64,000 bases of DNA from an uncultured delta proteobacterium (lineage in GTDB: Bacteria > Desulfobacterota > Binatia > Binatales > Binataceae), in the NCBI GenBank assembly GCA_963710425.1, contig CAVQAR010000020.1, positions 105,941-169,940 on the forward strand. The letters run 5' to 3'. Position 1 is the first letter of the stretch. Each line of letters opens with the position of its first letter. Below are positions 1 through 11,866 of this stretch, piece after piece. The translations under genes were made by a program, and so were the position numbers. The notes beneath the pieces were generated by a model, which saw only the letters and a program-made list of their open reading frames with translations, was not told the DNA's origin and searched no databases.

Positions 1-135
1 GATCTCGAAGTGAACGCTTGGTACATTCCCGCGGATGTCGCGCGCCAAACGCAGAAGAACTTGGAAAAGTGGAAGCAGGACGGCAAGCTAAAAGCTACCT
101 CCGAAGGATCGCAGTCGCCAAAGGGTACCCAGTAA

Positions 136-1395
<1,260 letters not shown>

Positions 1396-1396
<1 letters not shown>

Positions 1397-2838
1397 TGAA
1401 GCCGCGCGTCCTCAAGTCGCAGACCCCGGAGTTCAAAAAATTTCTGGCCGCGATCCTCGCGCGCCGGGGCGGCGACAGCGCCGGTATCGACAGCGCGGTG
1501 TCGAAGATTATCGCCGACGTGCGCAAGCGCGGCGATCGCGCGCTGATCGATCTTACAGCGAAGTTCGATCGCGTGAAGCTGACCCCCGCGACGCTTCGGG
1601 TGACGCCCGCCCAACGGCATTCCGCGCTCAACCGCATTCCCGCTGCGGATCGCCGCGCGTTGGAACTGGCGGCCGAACGAATCGCGGAGTTCCATCGCCG
1701 CACGATGGAGAAGTCGTTCATCTACCGCGACAAGTCCGGGATGCGGCTGGGGCAGATGGTGCAGCCGATGCGCCGCGTCGGAATTTACGTGCCCGGCGGG
1801 CTCGGCGCGTATCCATCGTCGGTGCTGATGAACGCGATTCCAGCCAAGGTCGCGGGAGTCGCTGAAATCGTGATGGTCTCGCCGCCGTCGTCGGAAGGCG
1901 AGCGGCTCGCGGTGCTGGCGGCTGCGGAAATCGCAGGGGTCGATGAATTCTACCGCGTCGGCGGAGCGCATGCGGTCGCAGCGCTCGCGTACGGGACGGA
2001 GACAATCCGCTCGGTGGACAAGATCGTTGGGCCCGGGAACGCGTACGTGCAAGCCGCCAAGCGGATGGTTTATGGCGTGACCGATATCGACAAGATGGCG
2101 GGGCCGAGCGAGGTGCTGGTGATCGCCGACGATCGCGCGCATCCCGAATGGATCGCAGCCGACCTGATTGCGCAGGCCGAGCACGGTTCCGGCGACGAAG
2201 CGGCCGTGTTGCTGACTACGTCGGCGAGCATCGCGAATCGGGTTGCAGAGGCGATTGAAGTCGCGCTGAAAAGTCTGCCGCGCGCGCGCCAGGTCGAGGC
2301 AGCGTTGGTCAAGCGGGGCGCGATGATCGTGGTTGGCGATCTCAACGAGGCCTTCGATCTTGCCAACGAGATAGGCCCTGAGCATCTCGAGCTCGACCTG
2401 CGCAATCCGTCGCGATGGCTGCCCAAGGTTAAAGCCGCGGGCGCGGTTTTTCTCGGCCCGCTTACGCCGGCGCCGCTTGGCGACTATCTGGCGGGTCCGA
2501 ATCACGTGCTGCCGACCGGCGGCGCAGCGCGTTTCGCCTCGCCTCTGGGTGCATACGATTTCCTGAAACGAACCAGTATAATCGAGGCGTCGATGGGCGC
2601 GATTACGGCGCTGGGACCCACCGTCGCGCACTTGGCGCGGATGGAAGGTTTCGAGGGCCACGCGCGCGCGATGGAACTGCGAGCAGGAGCGATCCCTGCA
2701 TCCAGCATTAAGAAAAATGCAAAACAAACGCAAAATATTACGAAACGAAGCCTAAAACGAGTCCGGACGCGCGACTTGCGCCGGCCAAGGCGAAGCGTAG
2801 CGCCGAAGTCGAGCGCAAGACCCGCGAGACTTCGGTGA
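1396..2838 (+). CDS. hisD: histidinol dehydrogenase HisD; homology ends near 2690 and the ORF reads through an AT-rich segment
   Basis: N-terminal RKRGDRALIDLTAKFD and GPGNAYVQAAKRMVYG...DIDKMAGPSEVLVIAD motifs are typical of HisD. There is no stop codon until 2838. Confidence 0.9.
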
Positions 2839-3383
2839 CGGTCGCGCTCAAGCTTGACGGTACCGGGCGAGGCGAGGCGAAGACCGGCGTTCCGTTCCTC
2901 GATCACATGCTCGAGAGTTTCGCGCGCCACGGATTCTTCGACTTGAAGGTCGAGGCCAGCGGCGATTTGCACATCGATGACCATCACACGGTCGAGGATG
3001 TCGGGATGGTCGTGGGGCGAGCGTTTCGGCAGGCGCTCGGCGACCGCGCTGGAATCAAGCGTTTCGGCGAGGCGACCGTGCCGCTCGACGAGGCCGTCTG
3101 CACCGCGATTGTCGATATCAGCGGGCGCGCGTACCTCGGCTACAACGTCGCGATCAGCCAGGAGCGGGTCGGCAACTTCCAGACCGAGCTGGTCCACGAC
3201 TTCATGAAAGCTCTGACCGACGAGGTCGGGATGAACCTGCATCTCAACCTGGTGAGCGGCCGCAACCCGCATCATATCGTCGAGGCGACGTTCAAGGCGT
3301 TGGCGCGCGCGATGGACCATGCGACGTCCCGCGAGCCGCGGCTTTCAGGCGCGCTTTCGACCAAAGGCACGCTCAGCAGCTAG
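2835..3383 (+). CDS. hisB: imidazoleglycerol-phosphate dehydratase HisB; true N-terminus lies upstream without a canonical start codon
   Basis: LKLDGTGRGE...FLDHMLESFARHGFFDLKV...DDHHTVEDVG motifs. The same frame reads AKRSAEVERKTRETSVTVAL from about 2790, but contains no ATG/GTG/TTG between the stop at 2709 and 2835. Confidence 0.85.
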   Translation: MTVALKLDGTGRGEAKTGVPFLDHMLESFARHGFFDLKVEASGDLHIDDHHTVEDVGMVVGRAFRQALGDRAGIKRFGEATVPLDEAVCTAIVDISGRAYLGYNVAISQERVGNFQTELVHDFMKALTDEVGMNLHLNLVSGRNPHHIVEATFKALARAMDHATSREPRLSGALSTKGTLSS

Positions 3384-3388
3384 ACCAC

Positions 3389-4126
3389 TTGTTCGAGAAG
3401 TTCACCGTTATTCCGTCGATCGATTTGAAGGACGGCCAAGTCGTGCGCCTGCTCCGCGGCGACATGAACCGCGCGACTGTCTATGGCGCCGAGCCAGGCG
3501 AGACTGCGCGGCGTTTCGACGAGGCGGGGGCGACTCTTATCCACATAGTCGATCTCGACGGCGCGATTGCCGGCGCGCCGCGAAATCTCGAGGCGATCGC
3601 GCAAATTCGGGCGTCGGTGAAATGCGCAATCGACGTGAGCGGAGGACTGCGGACAATCGAGGCGGTACGCGCAGCGGTTGCAGCCGGCGCCGACCGCGTC
3701 TCGATTGGATCGGCAGCACTCCTCAATCCTGGACTGGTCCGAGACGCCTGCTCGGAGTTCCCTGGCAAAGTTTTCGGATCGATCGACATTCGCGACGGCA
3801 AATTGGCGGTCAAAGGATGGGTCGAGACGAGCCAGCTGACTCTGACCGAGGCGGCGAATCGATTCCGCGCGGCGTGTGTGACCGCCGCAATCGTGACCGA
3901 CATCGCCCGCGATGGAGCGCAGGTCGGGGTGGACGCGACGCGGATGCAAGAAATTGCCAACGCCATACGGCTTCCGATAATCGCTTCGGGCGGCGTCGCG
4001 AGTCTCGGCGACATCCGCGCTCTTGGGACCCTATTTCAGGCTGGGGTGGTGGGAGTAGTCGTTGGACGCGCGCTGTACGAGGGAAATTTCAGCCTGAGCG
4101 ACGCGTTGGCAGCGGCGATAGGCTAA
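3389..4126 (+). CDS. hisA: 1-(5-phosphoribosyl)-5-[(5-phosphoribosylamino)methylideneamino]imidazole-4-carboxamide isomerase HisA
   Basis: IPSIDLKDGQVVRL...IHIVDLDGA...VSGGLRT motifs of HisA. Confidence 0.85.
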   Translation: MFEKFTVIPSIDLKDGQVVRLLRGDMNRATVYGAEPGETARRFDEAGATLIHIVDLDGAIAGAPRNLEAIAQIRASVKCAIDVSGGLRTIEAVRAAVAAGADRVSIGSAALLNPGLVRDACSEFPGKVFGSIDIRDGKLAVKGWVETSQLTLTEAANRFRAACVTAAIVTDIARDGAQVGVDATRMQEIANAIRLPIIASGGVASLGDIRALGTLFQAGVVGVVVGRALYEGNFSLSDALAAAIG

Positions 4127-4311
4127 AGACTTAAGTTTTAACCGTTCGCTATATCTCGTTTATAATTTCTTATTCTTCTCTTATATTCCTTTTAGCCTGT
4201 TAATTTAGGCGTGGCCTTCATCTTCGGGCACACGCTGGTTGCCAAACGCTCTCTGAGGCAGCGATAGGTCCTTTAGGTTATTTTCGATTGTAGTCGCGAG
4301 TACGAGTTTTC

Positions 4312-4340
4312 TTGACATAGACTCGACGCCTGTAGAGAAT
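4312..4340 (+). promoter_or_regulatory. candidate sigma70 promoter (TTGACA-17 bp-GAGAAT) in the AT-rich region upstream of the Flp pilin genes
   Basis: The hexamers and 17-bp spacing were read directly from the sequence. The 410-bp intergenic region is markedly AT-rich. Confidence 0.3.
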
Positions 4341-4575
4341 GCTGAAGCTGAGTAAAGACATGATTTCACCGTCGCAACCCAACATAACCAATCAAGAGCA
4401 ACCAGCGATAAAGATTGGATGGGTTACTAGGTAAATTTCCGAGTTAGATAACGGTAGATATTTATAACTTGTGGATAGATTCCTCTACAACCAGTTAAAT
4501 TGTCGCAAGGCGCGGGAGCAAATCGGTTCTCGCGTGTAGTTGTTCGAAACACCAAACGGACGGAGGGACACGGAA

Positions 4576-4746
4576 ATGGATCTGATCAGGAAAATGTATG
4601 TGAAGGCAGACGGGTTCGCGCGCGGACAAACGATGGCTGAGTATGCGCTGATTCTCGCAGCGGTCGCAGTCGTGGTTTTCGTCGGCTACCAGACCATGGG
4701 TACGACGATCACGACCTTGCTCGGCAGCGTGGACGGCAAGCTCTAA
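4576..4746 (+). CDS. Flp/Fap-family type IVb pilin (copy 1)
   Basis: Small protein with the GQTMAEYALILAAVAVVV hydrophobic core typical of Flp prepilins. The start could instead be 4540 or 4597. Confidence 0.65.
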   Translation: MDLIRKMYVKADGFARGQTMAEYALILAAVAVVVFVGYQTMGTTITTLLGSVDGKL

Positions 4747-4874
4747 TCGCGGACCGATTGCGGACGATTGAGTAAACCAGGCCGGCGGGGGCTATGCTCC
4801 CGCCGGTTAATCCAGGATCGGAACAAGATTGGCGAAAATCGGCAGTCGCTTAGCCGTACTGCCAAGAGGGGAAT

Positions 4875-5039
4875 ATGTTTACCAAGCTATACGTGAAAGC
4901 GAATGATTTTGCGCGCGGCCAGACGATGGCTGAGTATGCCCTGATTCTCGCGGCCGTGGCGGTCGTGGTTTATGTCGGCTACCAGACGATGGGGACGACG
5001 ATCACGACTCTGCTCGGCAGCGTTGACACCAGCCTCTAG
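4875..5039 (+). CDS. Flp/Fap-family type IVb pilin (copy 2, 54 aa; below the ORF-track size cutoff)
   Basis: Hand-translated: MFTKLYVKANDFARGQTMAEYALILAAVAVVVYVGYQTMGTTITTLLGSVDTSL, nearly identical to copy 1. An AGAGGGGA ribosome-binding site lies upstream. Confidence 0.65.
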   Translation: MFTKLYVKANDFARGQTMAEYALILAAVAVVVYVGYQTMGTTITTLLGSVDTSL

Positions 5040-5069
5040 TCGCGACGACCGACATATCTGAATATCCGG

Positions 5070-6094
5070 TCAGGTTGGGCCCTGTCCGGGTCGCAGCCTG
5101 ACCGGCGTATTCGCGCAGCATCGCGGCATCCGCCCGGCGAACACATCCAGGATGTTGTCAGCGGCGATGGCGGCCATGCTCGCACGGGCGGCGATGCTGG
5201 CGCTGCCTATGTGCGGGGTGAGCACGACGTTGTCGAGCCGGAGCAGCGGATCTTGAGGTGCGATCGGCTCGGGGTCGGTTACATCGAGGCCCGCGCCCGC
5301 CAACCGCCCCGATTTCAGCGCCGCAACCATCGCAGCCTGATCGACGACGGCCCCGCGCGATGTGTTGATTAGAATCGCACCCGGTTTCATAAGGGCAAAC
5401 TCGCGCACACCGATCATGCGACGGGTCTTTTCCGTCAGTGGTACGTGGATCGACACATAGTCCGATCGAGCCAGTAAGCGATTCAGGCTGACCCCGTCGC
5501 GCCGGCAAGACGGACGTCGCGCCTCGGCTTGCGCTTGTCCGACCGATATTTCAGATAGAGCACGCGCATCCCGAAACCCATCGCGCGACGCGCCATCGCT
5601 TGTCCAATCGCACCGAATCCGATTAACCCGAGCGTGCTCGAGTGGATGTCGCGGCCGAGCATCGTCATCGGTCCCCACGTGCGCCACAGGCCCGCGCGCA
5701 CGTGACGGTCGGCCTCGGCGATCCTGCGCGCCGTCGCCATTAACAAGCCGAAGGCAAGGTCCGCGGTGGCCTCGGTCAGAACGCCGGGAGTATGGCCGAT
5801 GGCGATGCCCGCGCGGGTGGCAGCTTCGACATCTATATTGTCCACGCCGACCGCGAGGTTGCTGATGACACGGAGCCGCGGTGCGTTCGCGATCATAGGG
5901 GCGTCGATCTTGTCGGTAACCATCGAGAGTACCGCGTCGGCGTCGGCAAGCGCGGATCGTAGCGCGGAGTCGGGCGGCGGCATCTCCTCATCCCAGACGA
6001 AAACTTGAGCCGCGGCGCACAGGCGCATCAGCGCAGCAGGATCGATCGCGCGAGTGATGAAAACTTTTTTGCGTGGGCGCACCAGACGGGGCAT
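5070..6094 (-). CDS. D-isomer-specific 2-hydroxyacid dehydrogenase (glyoxylate/hydroxypyruvate reductase-like); frameshift in the 5483-5687 overlap
   Basis: ORF 5483..6172 carries the N-terminal catalytic and NAD-binding region (GLIGFGAIGQAMARRA). ORF 5070..5687 carries the C-terminal part (INTSRGAVVD...LTPHIGSAS). Confidence 0.8.
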
Positions 6095-8363
6095 GCGGCG
6101 GACTCCTCGACGGTTCAAATAGCCGTTGGGCTCTGCTATACGCGACAAGCGTGACTGACTCCATCGTTTCATCGGTAATTTCGTCCGCGCGTTCGGGCGG
6201 ACGGACGGTTCTCACGGAAATTGAGAGCAAGCGGATTCTGCATTCGCTCGGCCTGCCGGTCGTCGTGCCGGAGGCGGTTGCGACGGCTGACGACGCGGTA
6301 CAGGCGGCGTCGCGAATCGGCTTCCCGGTCGTGCTGAAAGTTCTGTCGCCGGACGTGACTCACAAGAGCGACGTCGGCGGCGTCGAGTTGAACCTCGCGG
6401 ACGAAGCATCGGTCCGCGAGGCGTTCGATCGAATCCGCACAAGCCTCGCGGCCAAAGCCCGCGACGCGCGCTTCGAGGGCGTCGCCGTGCAGCCGATGGC
6501 GAAGCCGGGCATCGAGCTGATCGCGGGGACGTACCGCGACGATCGATTCGGCGCGATGGTGATGGTCGGCCTCGGCGGCGTGCTGGTCGAAGTGATGAAG
6601 GACACGGCGCTGGCGCTGGCGCCTGTTGGGGGGCGCGAGGCGTCGGCGATGCTCGCGCGGCTTCGCGGCTTCCCGCTTCTGCGCGGCGTCCGCGGCCAGA
6701 CGGGGGTTGATATCGACGCGATCGTTTCGCTGATCGAGACCGTCTCCGGAATCGCGTGGGCGCATCCTGAAATCGCCGAGATGGATCTCAATCCGGTCGT
6801 CGCGTATGAAGACGGGCTCGCGATCCTCGACGCGCGAATCGTCCTCGCCGCCGAGAAGGGCGAGACACGCCAGCCGGACCCGCATCGCGCGGCGCGGCTC
6901 AAAAACCTCGAACGCGCGTTCAATCCGCGCGCGGTGGTCGTCATCGGCGACAAGCGGATGGGCGGCTACATGTGGTTGCGCGCGATGGCGCAACTCAAGG
7001 GCAAGCTCTACTCGGTGCAGATCGATCCCAACGAGATACCGGGAATCGAAGCGATGGGCGTCGAGAATCGCAAAAGCCTCGCGGAAATCACCGAGCCGAT
7101 CGATTACGCGGTCAGCGCCGTTCCGCGGCAGATCGCGCCGCGAATTTTAAAAGATTGCGTCGCGAACCACGTCGGCTCGATCGGATTTTTCACCTCGGGA
7201 TTTTCGGAAACGTCAGAAGAGCTGGGAATCCGGCTGGAAGCCGAGCTGCGCGACCTCGCGATCAATTCGGAAATCGCGCTGGTCGGGCCGAATTGCATGG
7301 GGCTGTACAGTCCCGGCGCGGGGCTGCGCAATTTTCCCGAAGAAAAAGTCGGCGAGGCGGGCGACGTCTGCTTCATTTCGCAGAGCGGTACCCACACGAT
7401 CAATTTTTGCCTGCAGGCGCCGAGCCACGGCATCAAGGTGAACAAGGCCGCGTCGATCGGCAACGTGCTGGTGCTCGAGGCGGCGGATTATATCGACCTG
7501 ATGGCCGCGGACCCGGCGACGCGCGTGATCGGGATGTATATCGAAGGCGTGCGCGACGGGCGGCGATTTTTCGACAGCGTCCGGCACGCGGCCGAGCGGC
7601 ATCCGGTGGTTATCTGGAAAGGTGGGGTGACCGAGGCGGGCGCGCGCGCGACCTTCTCGCACACCGGATCGCTCGCGACGGCCGAGGCGACCTGGCGCAC
7701 TGTCGTGAGGCAGAGCGGGGCGGTTGAAGTGTCGAGCCTCGACGCGATGCTCGACGCGGTCGAGCTGTTCGCGCGCGCCAAGCGCCTCGACGGGCCGGCG
7801 GATGGGGCTGGTCGCGATGACGGGTGGGCAGTCGGTGGTGATCACCGACACGTTCGCGACGGCGGGGCTCGAGATTCCCGCGCTGTCGGAGTCCTCGTAC
7901 GACGAGCTGAAAACGTTCTTCAACATAATCGGCGGCAGCTACCGCAATCCGCTCGACGCCGGCGGCACCATCGGCGCCGGGCATCATCAGGGCAATCTCG
8001 ATCGCATCCTGGAGATTCTCGAACGCGACCCGGTCATCGACGCGATCGTGCTGGAGGTCGGCACCGGACTGCGCGCGGCGCGATGGGCCACGCACGAAGA
8101 TGAAATCACCGGCCTGCTCGACAAGCTGGCGGAATTTCGCCGGGCGATCGACGAAGCCGTTTGCGATCGTGATGCATCCGGCGCACGTCGAGGCGATCGT
8201 CGCGCGGGGCAAGGAACTGGCGCGCGCGCGCGGGCTGGTGGTGTTCGACAGTTTTGAGCGCGCCGCCGCCGCATTCCGGACGGCGTCGGAGTATTGGGCA
8301 AATCGCGCGCGCGCTGGGGAGCTAGGGCCCGGTTCCCTCGCCCGTTCGTCGGGAGAGGGTTAG
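6073..8363 (+). CDS. acyl-/acetyl-CoA synthetase, ADP-forming, fused with the ATP-grasp domain first and CoA-binding/ligase-CoA domains after; two frameshifts (about 7790 and 8160); start uncertain
   Basis: ATP-grasp motifs (ILHSLGLPV, FPVVLKV...DVGGV) are followed by NPRAVVVIGDK...IWKGGVTEAG. The protein continues in ORFs 7724..8257 and 8100..8363. Confidence 0.7.
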
Positions 8364-8371
8364 GGTGAGGG
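8335..8371. repeat. REP-like hairpin CCCTCGCCC-N7-GGGAGAGGG followed by TTAGGGTGAGGG
   Basis: Inverted repeat read directly. It belongs to the family listed in the findings. Confidence 0.6.
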
Positions 8372-8510
8372 ACATTTGTGCGGCGCGATTGCCTGTGGCG
8401 CCGTACATTCTGAATTCAGCAAATTTTGTCCCTCACGCGCCACGCGAGGACGCGCGGCGGCCTCTCTCCACGTGGGGCGAGGCAAAGAGGGCTCGCGATC
8501 ACAAAAATAT

Positions 8511-9904
8511 TTACCGCGGGGGGGCGAGGACTGTCATCACGGTGCCTACGGTGGCGTCGCCGTCGAGGAATGCCAGCCATCTGCCTCTGAGCGACCAGCT
8601 CATTGTGACGATGCCTTGGGCTGGGCCTTCGGCTAAGAGAAACGCGCTGTCGTAGTGCAGTGAGTACGTGACGATTTTTCGCCATGGCACCGGCTTGCTC
8701 GGCGAGAAGATTTGCATCGCGGCTTCATTCGCGCCCTTCGAATACGCCATCGTGCTCTGCGCGAGCATTTCCGGCCACGAGTCGAAGCCCAGCGATTTCA
8801 CATCGATCTGAGTCAGGTCGGCGTGCGCTATCGCGACTTGCGCGACGACCGGCGTTTCGGGACGTTCGATCGCGCGCGTGAACGTGAGATCGCGGTCGCC
8901 CAGCGTGACCGTGTCGCTGCCCGAGGAGAACGACGCCGCGCCAGTCGATGCGCCCATCAGATGTTCGGCCCCGGTCGCGATGTTGTATTTGTACACGCCG
9001 ATCGTGCGGCGCGTCGGGTCGGGGCCGACGTACAGAAACGAGCCTTCGTCCTCCTTGTCCCAATCGAGCACGCGGATCGGCTCGCGCACGTGAAACCTGG
9101 TACAGGTCGCCGCGCGCCGATCAATGATGACCGGCGGAGCGCCCGCGTCGCCCTGGCCGACCGCATAAACCCCGTGCGCACTCCAACTGAGTTTCGACAT
9201 CGGGCACGACAATTTCAGCGGCGCGACAGAACCGGCGCCAGTGACGACAATCAGCTGGAGCCCGTCCGAGCGGGTCGGCGGCGGCTGAACATCCGGCGCA
9301 TCTGGATCGGGCTTCGGCTCCTGCTCGTTGGTTGCCGATTCCTCCGGCGACTCGGGATGGAGCCGCAGAGCGAGCGCGATCGTCGTGTCGTTCAGCCAGC
9401 TAATCGAGGTCGAATCGTACCGGCCATTGAAGCTCGAGATGACATTGCCGGCGCCAGTGGCGATCAGGTCGCGAACGATCACATCGACGCGATCGCCCCC
9501 GCCGCGACCATCGCCGTCGCCAGTGTCAGCCCATTGGGACTCACTGCGACATCGGCGATCGTTCCTTCCTCAGCCGCGGCCGGACCGGTCTCCGCCGCGA
9601 GGATTCGGCCGGTGCGCCACGCGGCGCCGCCCAGGCCATACATGATCGTGTGCCCGCCTTGCGTTCCGACGACGCCAATCTCTTCGCCGTTTTGCATCCA
9701 GATCGGCGGACGCGTGGGAATCGGCGCGAACCCGCTCGGCATCGCGACGTTGGTCAGCACCTTGATGCCGTTGGTGACGGCGAGCGTCGTCGAACGCGCC
9801 ACAAACGGCGGCGGCCCCGGCTTAGGCGCGCTCGTACCAGTCGAGCACGACGCGAGGCTCACGACGGTGAAGGCGAGAATCAGGATCAGGACAGACCTGG
9901 GCAT
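8511..9904 (-). CDS. hypothetical secreted lipoprotein (lipobox LASC). Either two overlapping ORFs or one gene with a frameshift at about 9480.
   Basis: ORF 9479..9904 has an N-terminal signal peptide with a LASC lipobox. ORF 8511..9482 starts at a GTG overlapping its stop. No recognisable catalytic motifs. Confidence 0.45.
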
Positions 9905-9956
9905 CGAAAAGCGGTAGTGTATTTGGACCGACCAAAAAAGGCGACCGATTTAAACG

Positions 9957-11774
9957 ATGAAGAATCCGTTTAGTGAACGATTGTGGATAAGCCGCGAGGT
10001 CCGGCTCGGGATTATTGTCGCGATTCTGTTTTCAATCGGCGCCGTGCTCTGCGCGGCCGGCGATCTGAAGGCCGGATTCGGCGTGATTGCCGTAGCGGTG
10101 GCGATGGTCGCGGCGTTTTATCTCGCCGTGGTCAGACCCGCGCAAATCCCGCGCGATGCCGTCCTGGTAATAAAGCTGGCGGGTCCGATCGAAGAGGACG
10201 TGACTGGCTCGCCACTCGATCAGATCATGCGTCGCGGCGCGATTAGCCTCGATCATCTTCGGTACGCGTTGGAATCGGCGGCGATCGACGACGACGTTCG
10301 CGCGATCGTGGTGGAGATAGCGAGCTTCGGCGCCGGCCTGGCGACCGCGCATGAGGTCCATCGCCTGATGCGCGCCGCTCAACTGGCTGGCAAGCGTGTG
10401 ATCGCCTTGCTGCGCGGCGATGACGCCGGCTTGCGCGAGTACCTGGTCGCGGCGGGCGCGGGTGAGATTGTCGCGAATCCCGACACGATGCTTACGATGC
10501 TCGGGGTCGCGACCGGCGGCGTCTTCCTGAAGAACGCGCTCGACAAGTTGAAAATCCAGGCGCAGACGCTGCAGTGGAAAGAGTACAAGGGCGCTGCCGA
10601 GACGCTCGGCCGCGATACGATGTCGCCGGCGCTGCGCGAGAGCATGGAGTGCATCGTCGCAGACTGGGAGAAAATCCTGGTTGAAACAATCGCGTCGGCT
10701 CGGAAACTCTCTCCTGAAAGAACGCGCGAGCTGATCGCGGCGGGATTCGTTAGCGCAAAGTTCGCAGTCGAGAATAAGCTGATCGATCGCGAGGGCTATA
10801 TCGAGGACCTCCGCGCTGAGTTCGATCCCGAGGCCAAGCGCAAGGTCTTCGTCAACATGGCGCGCTACCGGCGTCATGCAATCTTCACCCGCGAGCGGGG
10901 ACGCCGCGCGCGGATCGCGCTGGTGCACGCCAGCGGCCCGGTGGTTTCGGGCGAGGCGCCTGCGACCGGCGAACATATCAGCGGTGTCGCGACCGCCGCG
11001 CAACTCGATCGCGCTTCGCGCGACGAACGGGTCCGCGCAATCGTGTTCCGGGTGAACTCACCGGGCGGCTCCGCAGTCGGATCGGATTTGGTCTGGCGCG
11101 CAGTTCGCGAGGCGCAGGGTCGCGGCAAGCCGGTCGTGGTCTCGATGGGCGATGTCGCGGGCTCGGGCGGCTACTACGTCGCAGCCGGCGCCGACGCTAT
11201 CGTCGCCGAGCAGGCCACCATCACCGGTTCCATCGGCGTCGTGTACGCGAAATTCAATCTCGGGAGCATGCTCAATGAGCTTGGCGTCCATTTCGATTTC
11301 GTGAAAAGCGCGCCAATCAGCGACGCGATGTCGATGGCGCGCGCGATGACCGATGCCGAACTGGCGCAGCTCAACGAAACCGTGGGACACCTGTACGCGG
11401 CGTTCACCGCGAAGGTCTCCGAAGGCAGGCATCTCAGTGCCGAGCAGGCCGAGGCGGTAGCGAAGGGCCGCATCTGGAGCGGAATCGCAGCAAAGGAGCG
11501 CGGACTCGTCGACGAAGTTGGCGGCCTCTCGACCGCAGTGGCAATCGCGCGCGATCGCGCCCATATCGCTGTGGATAAACGTCATCAAATCGTGACCTAC
11601 CGCGCGGAGCGGCGATGGCTGGATTTTCGCGGCAGCAGTGCAGACCTCACGACCCCGTGGGTAATTCGCGCGGCCGCCAGCACGCTCGGGATTCCGACCC
11701 GTTGGGCGCCCTCGATGCTCGAATTGCTCTTCCGCGGCGGCGTGATGCTGCTGTGCCCGTTCATCGAGTTGTAA
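9957..11774 (+). CDS. sppA: signal peptide peptidase SppA (protease IV, 67K type, tandem S49 domains)
   Basis: N-terminal TM helix and two S49 peptidase domains, with GDVAGSGGYYVAAGADAIVAE...GSIGV. Confidence 0.85.
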   Translation: MKNPFSERLWISREVRLGIIVAILFSIGAVLCAAGDLKAGFGVIAVAVAMVAAFYLAVVRPAQIPRDAVLVIKLAGPIEEDVTGSPLDQIMRRGAISLDHLRYALESAAIDDDVRAIVVEIASFGAGLATAHEVHRLMRAAQLAGKRVIALLRGDDAGLREYLVAAGAGEIVANPDTMLTMLGVATGGVFLKNALDKLKIQAQTLQWKEYKGAAETLGRDTMSPALRESMECIVADWEKILVETIASARKLSPERTRELIAAGFVSAKFAVENKLIDREGYIEDLRAEFDPEAKRKVFVNMARYRRHAIFTRERGRRARIALVHASGPVVSGEAPATGEHISGVATAAQLDRASRDERVRAIVFRVNSPGGSAVGSDLVWRAVREAQGRGKPVVVSMGDVAGSGGYYVAAGADAIVAEQATITGSIGVVYAKFNLGSMLNELGVHFDFVKSAPISDAMSMARAMTDAELAQLNETVGHLYAAFTAKVSEGRHLSAEQAEAVAKGRIWSGIAAKERGLVDEVGGLSTAVAIARDRAHIAVDKRHQIVTYRAERRWLDFRGSSADLTTPWVIRAAASTLGIPTRWAPSMLELLFRGGVMLLCPFIEL

Positions 11775-11808
11775 TCCTCCGCCGCTCTAGCTCGCCAATA
11801 AAAGAAAC

Positions 11809-11837
11809 GGCCGCAGCCCATTGAAGGGACTGCGGCC
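11809..11837 (-). terminator. intrinsic terminator hairpin GGCCGCAGCCC-loop-GGGACTGCGGCC with a U-rich tail on the minus strand
   Basis: Stem-loop read directly. A T-run follows on the minus strand, downstream of OmpA-like copy 1. It may also serve sppA. Confidence 0.6.
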
Positions 11838-11866
11838 GGTAACAGACGTTTCAGTCTCAGCCAGAC

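Noticed and set aside
3319-4134. 271-aa Arg-rich plus-strand ORF overlapping hisA in another frame, and 3380..3949- / 3481..4014- antisense ORFs
   Set aside because: hisA occupies the locus with strong homology, and the alternatives are low-complexity.
8712-9917. 401-aa plus-strand ORF covering the lipoprotein locus
   Set aside because: Antisense to a signal-peptide/lipobox protein with a coherent sequence. The ORF product is Arg-rich junk, so it is a high-GC artefact.
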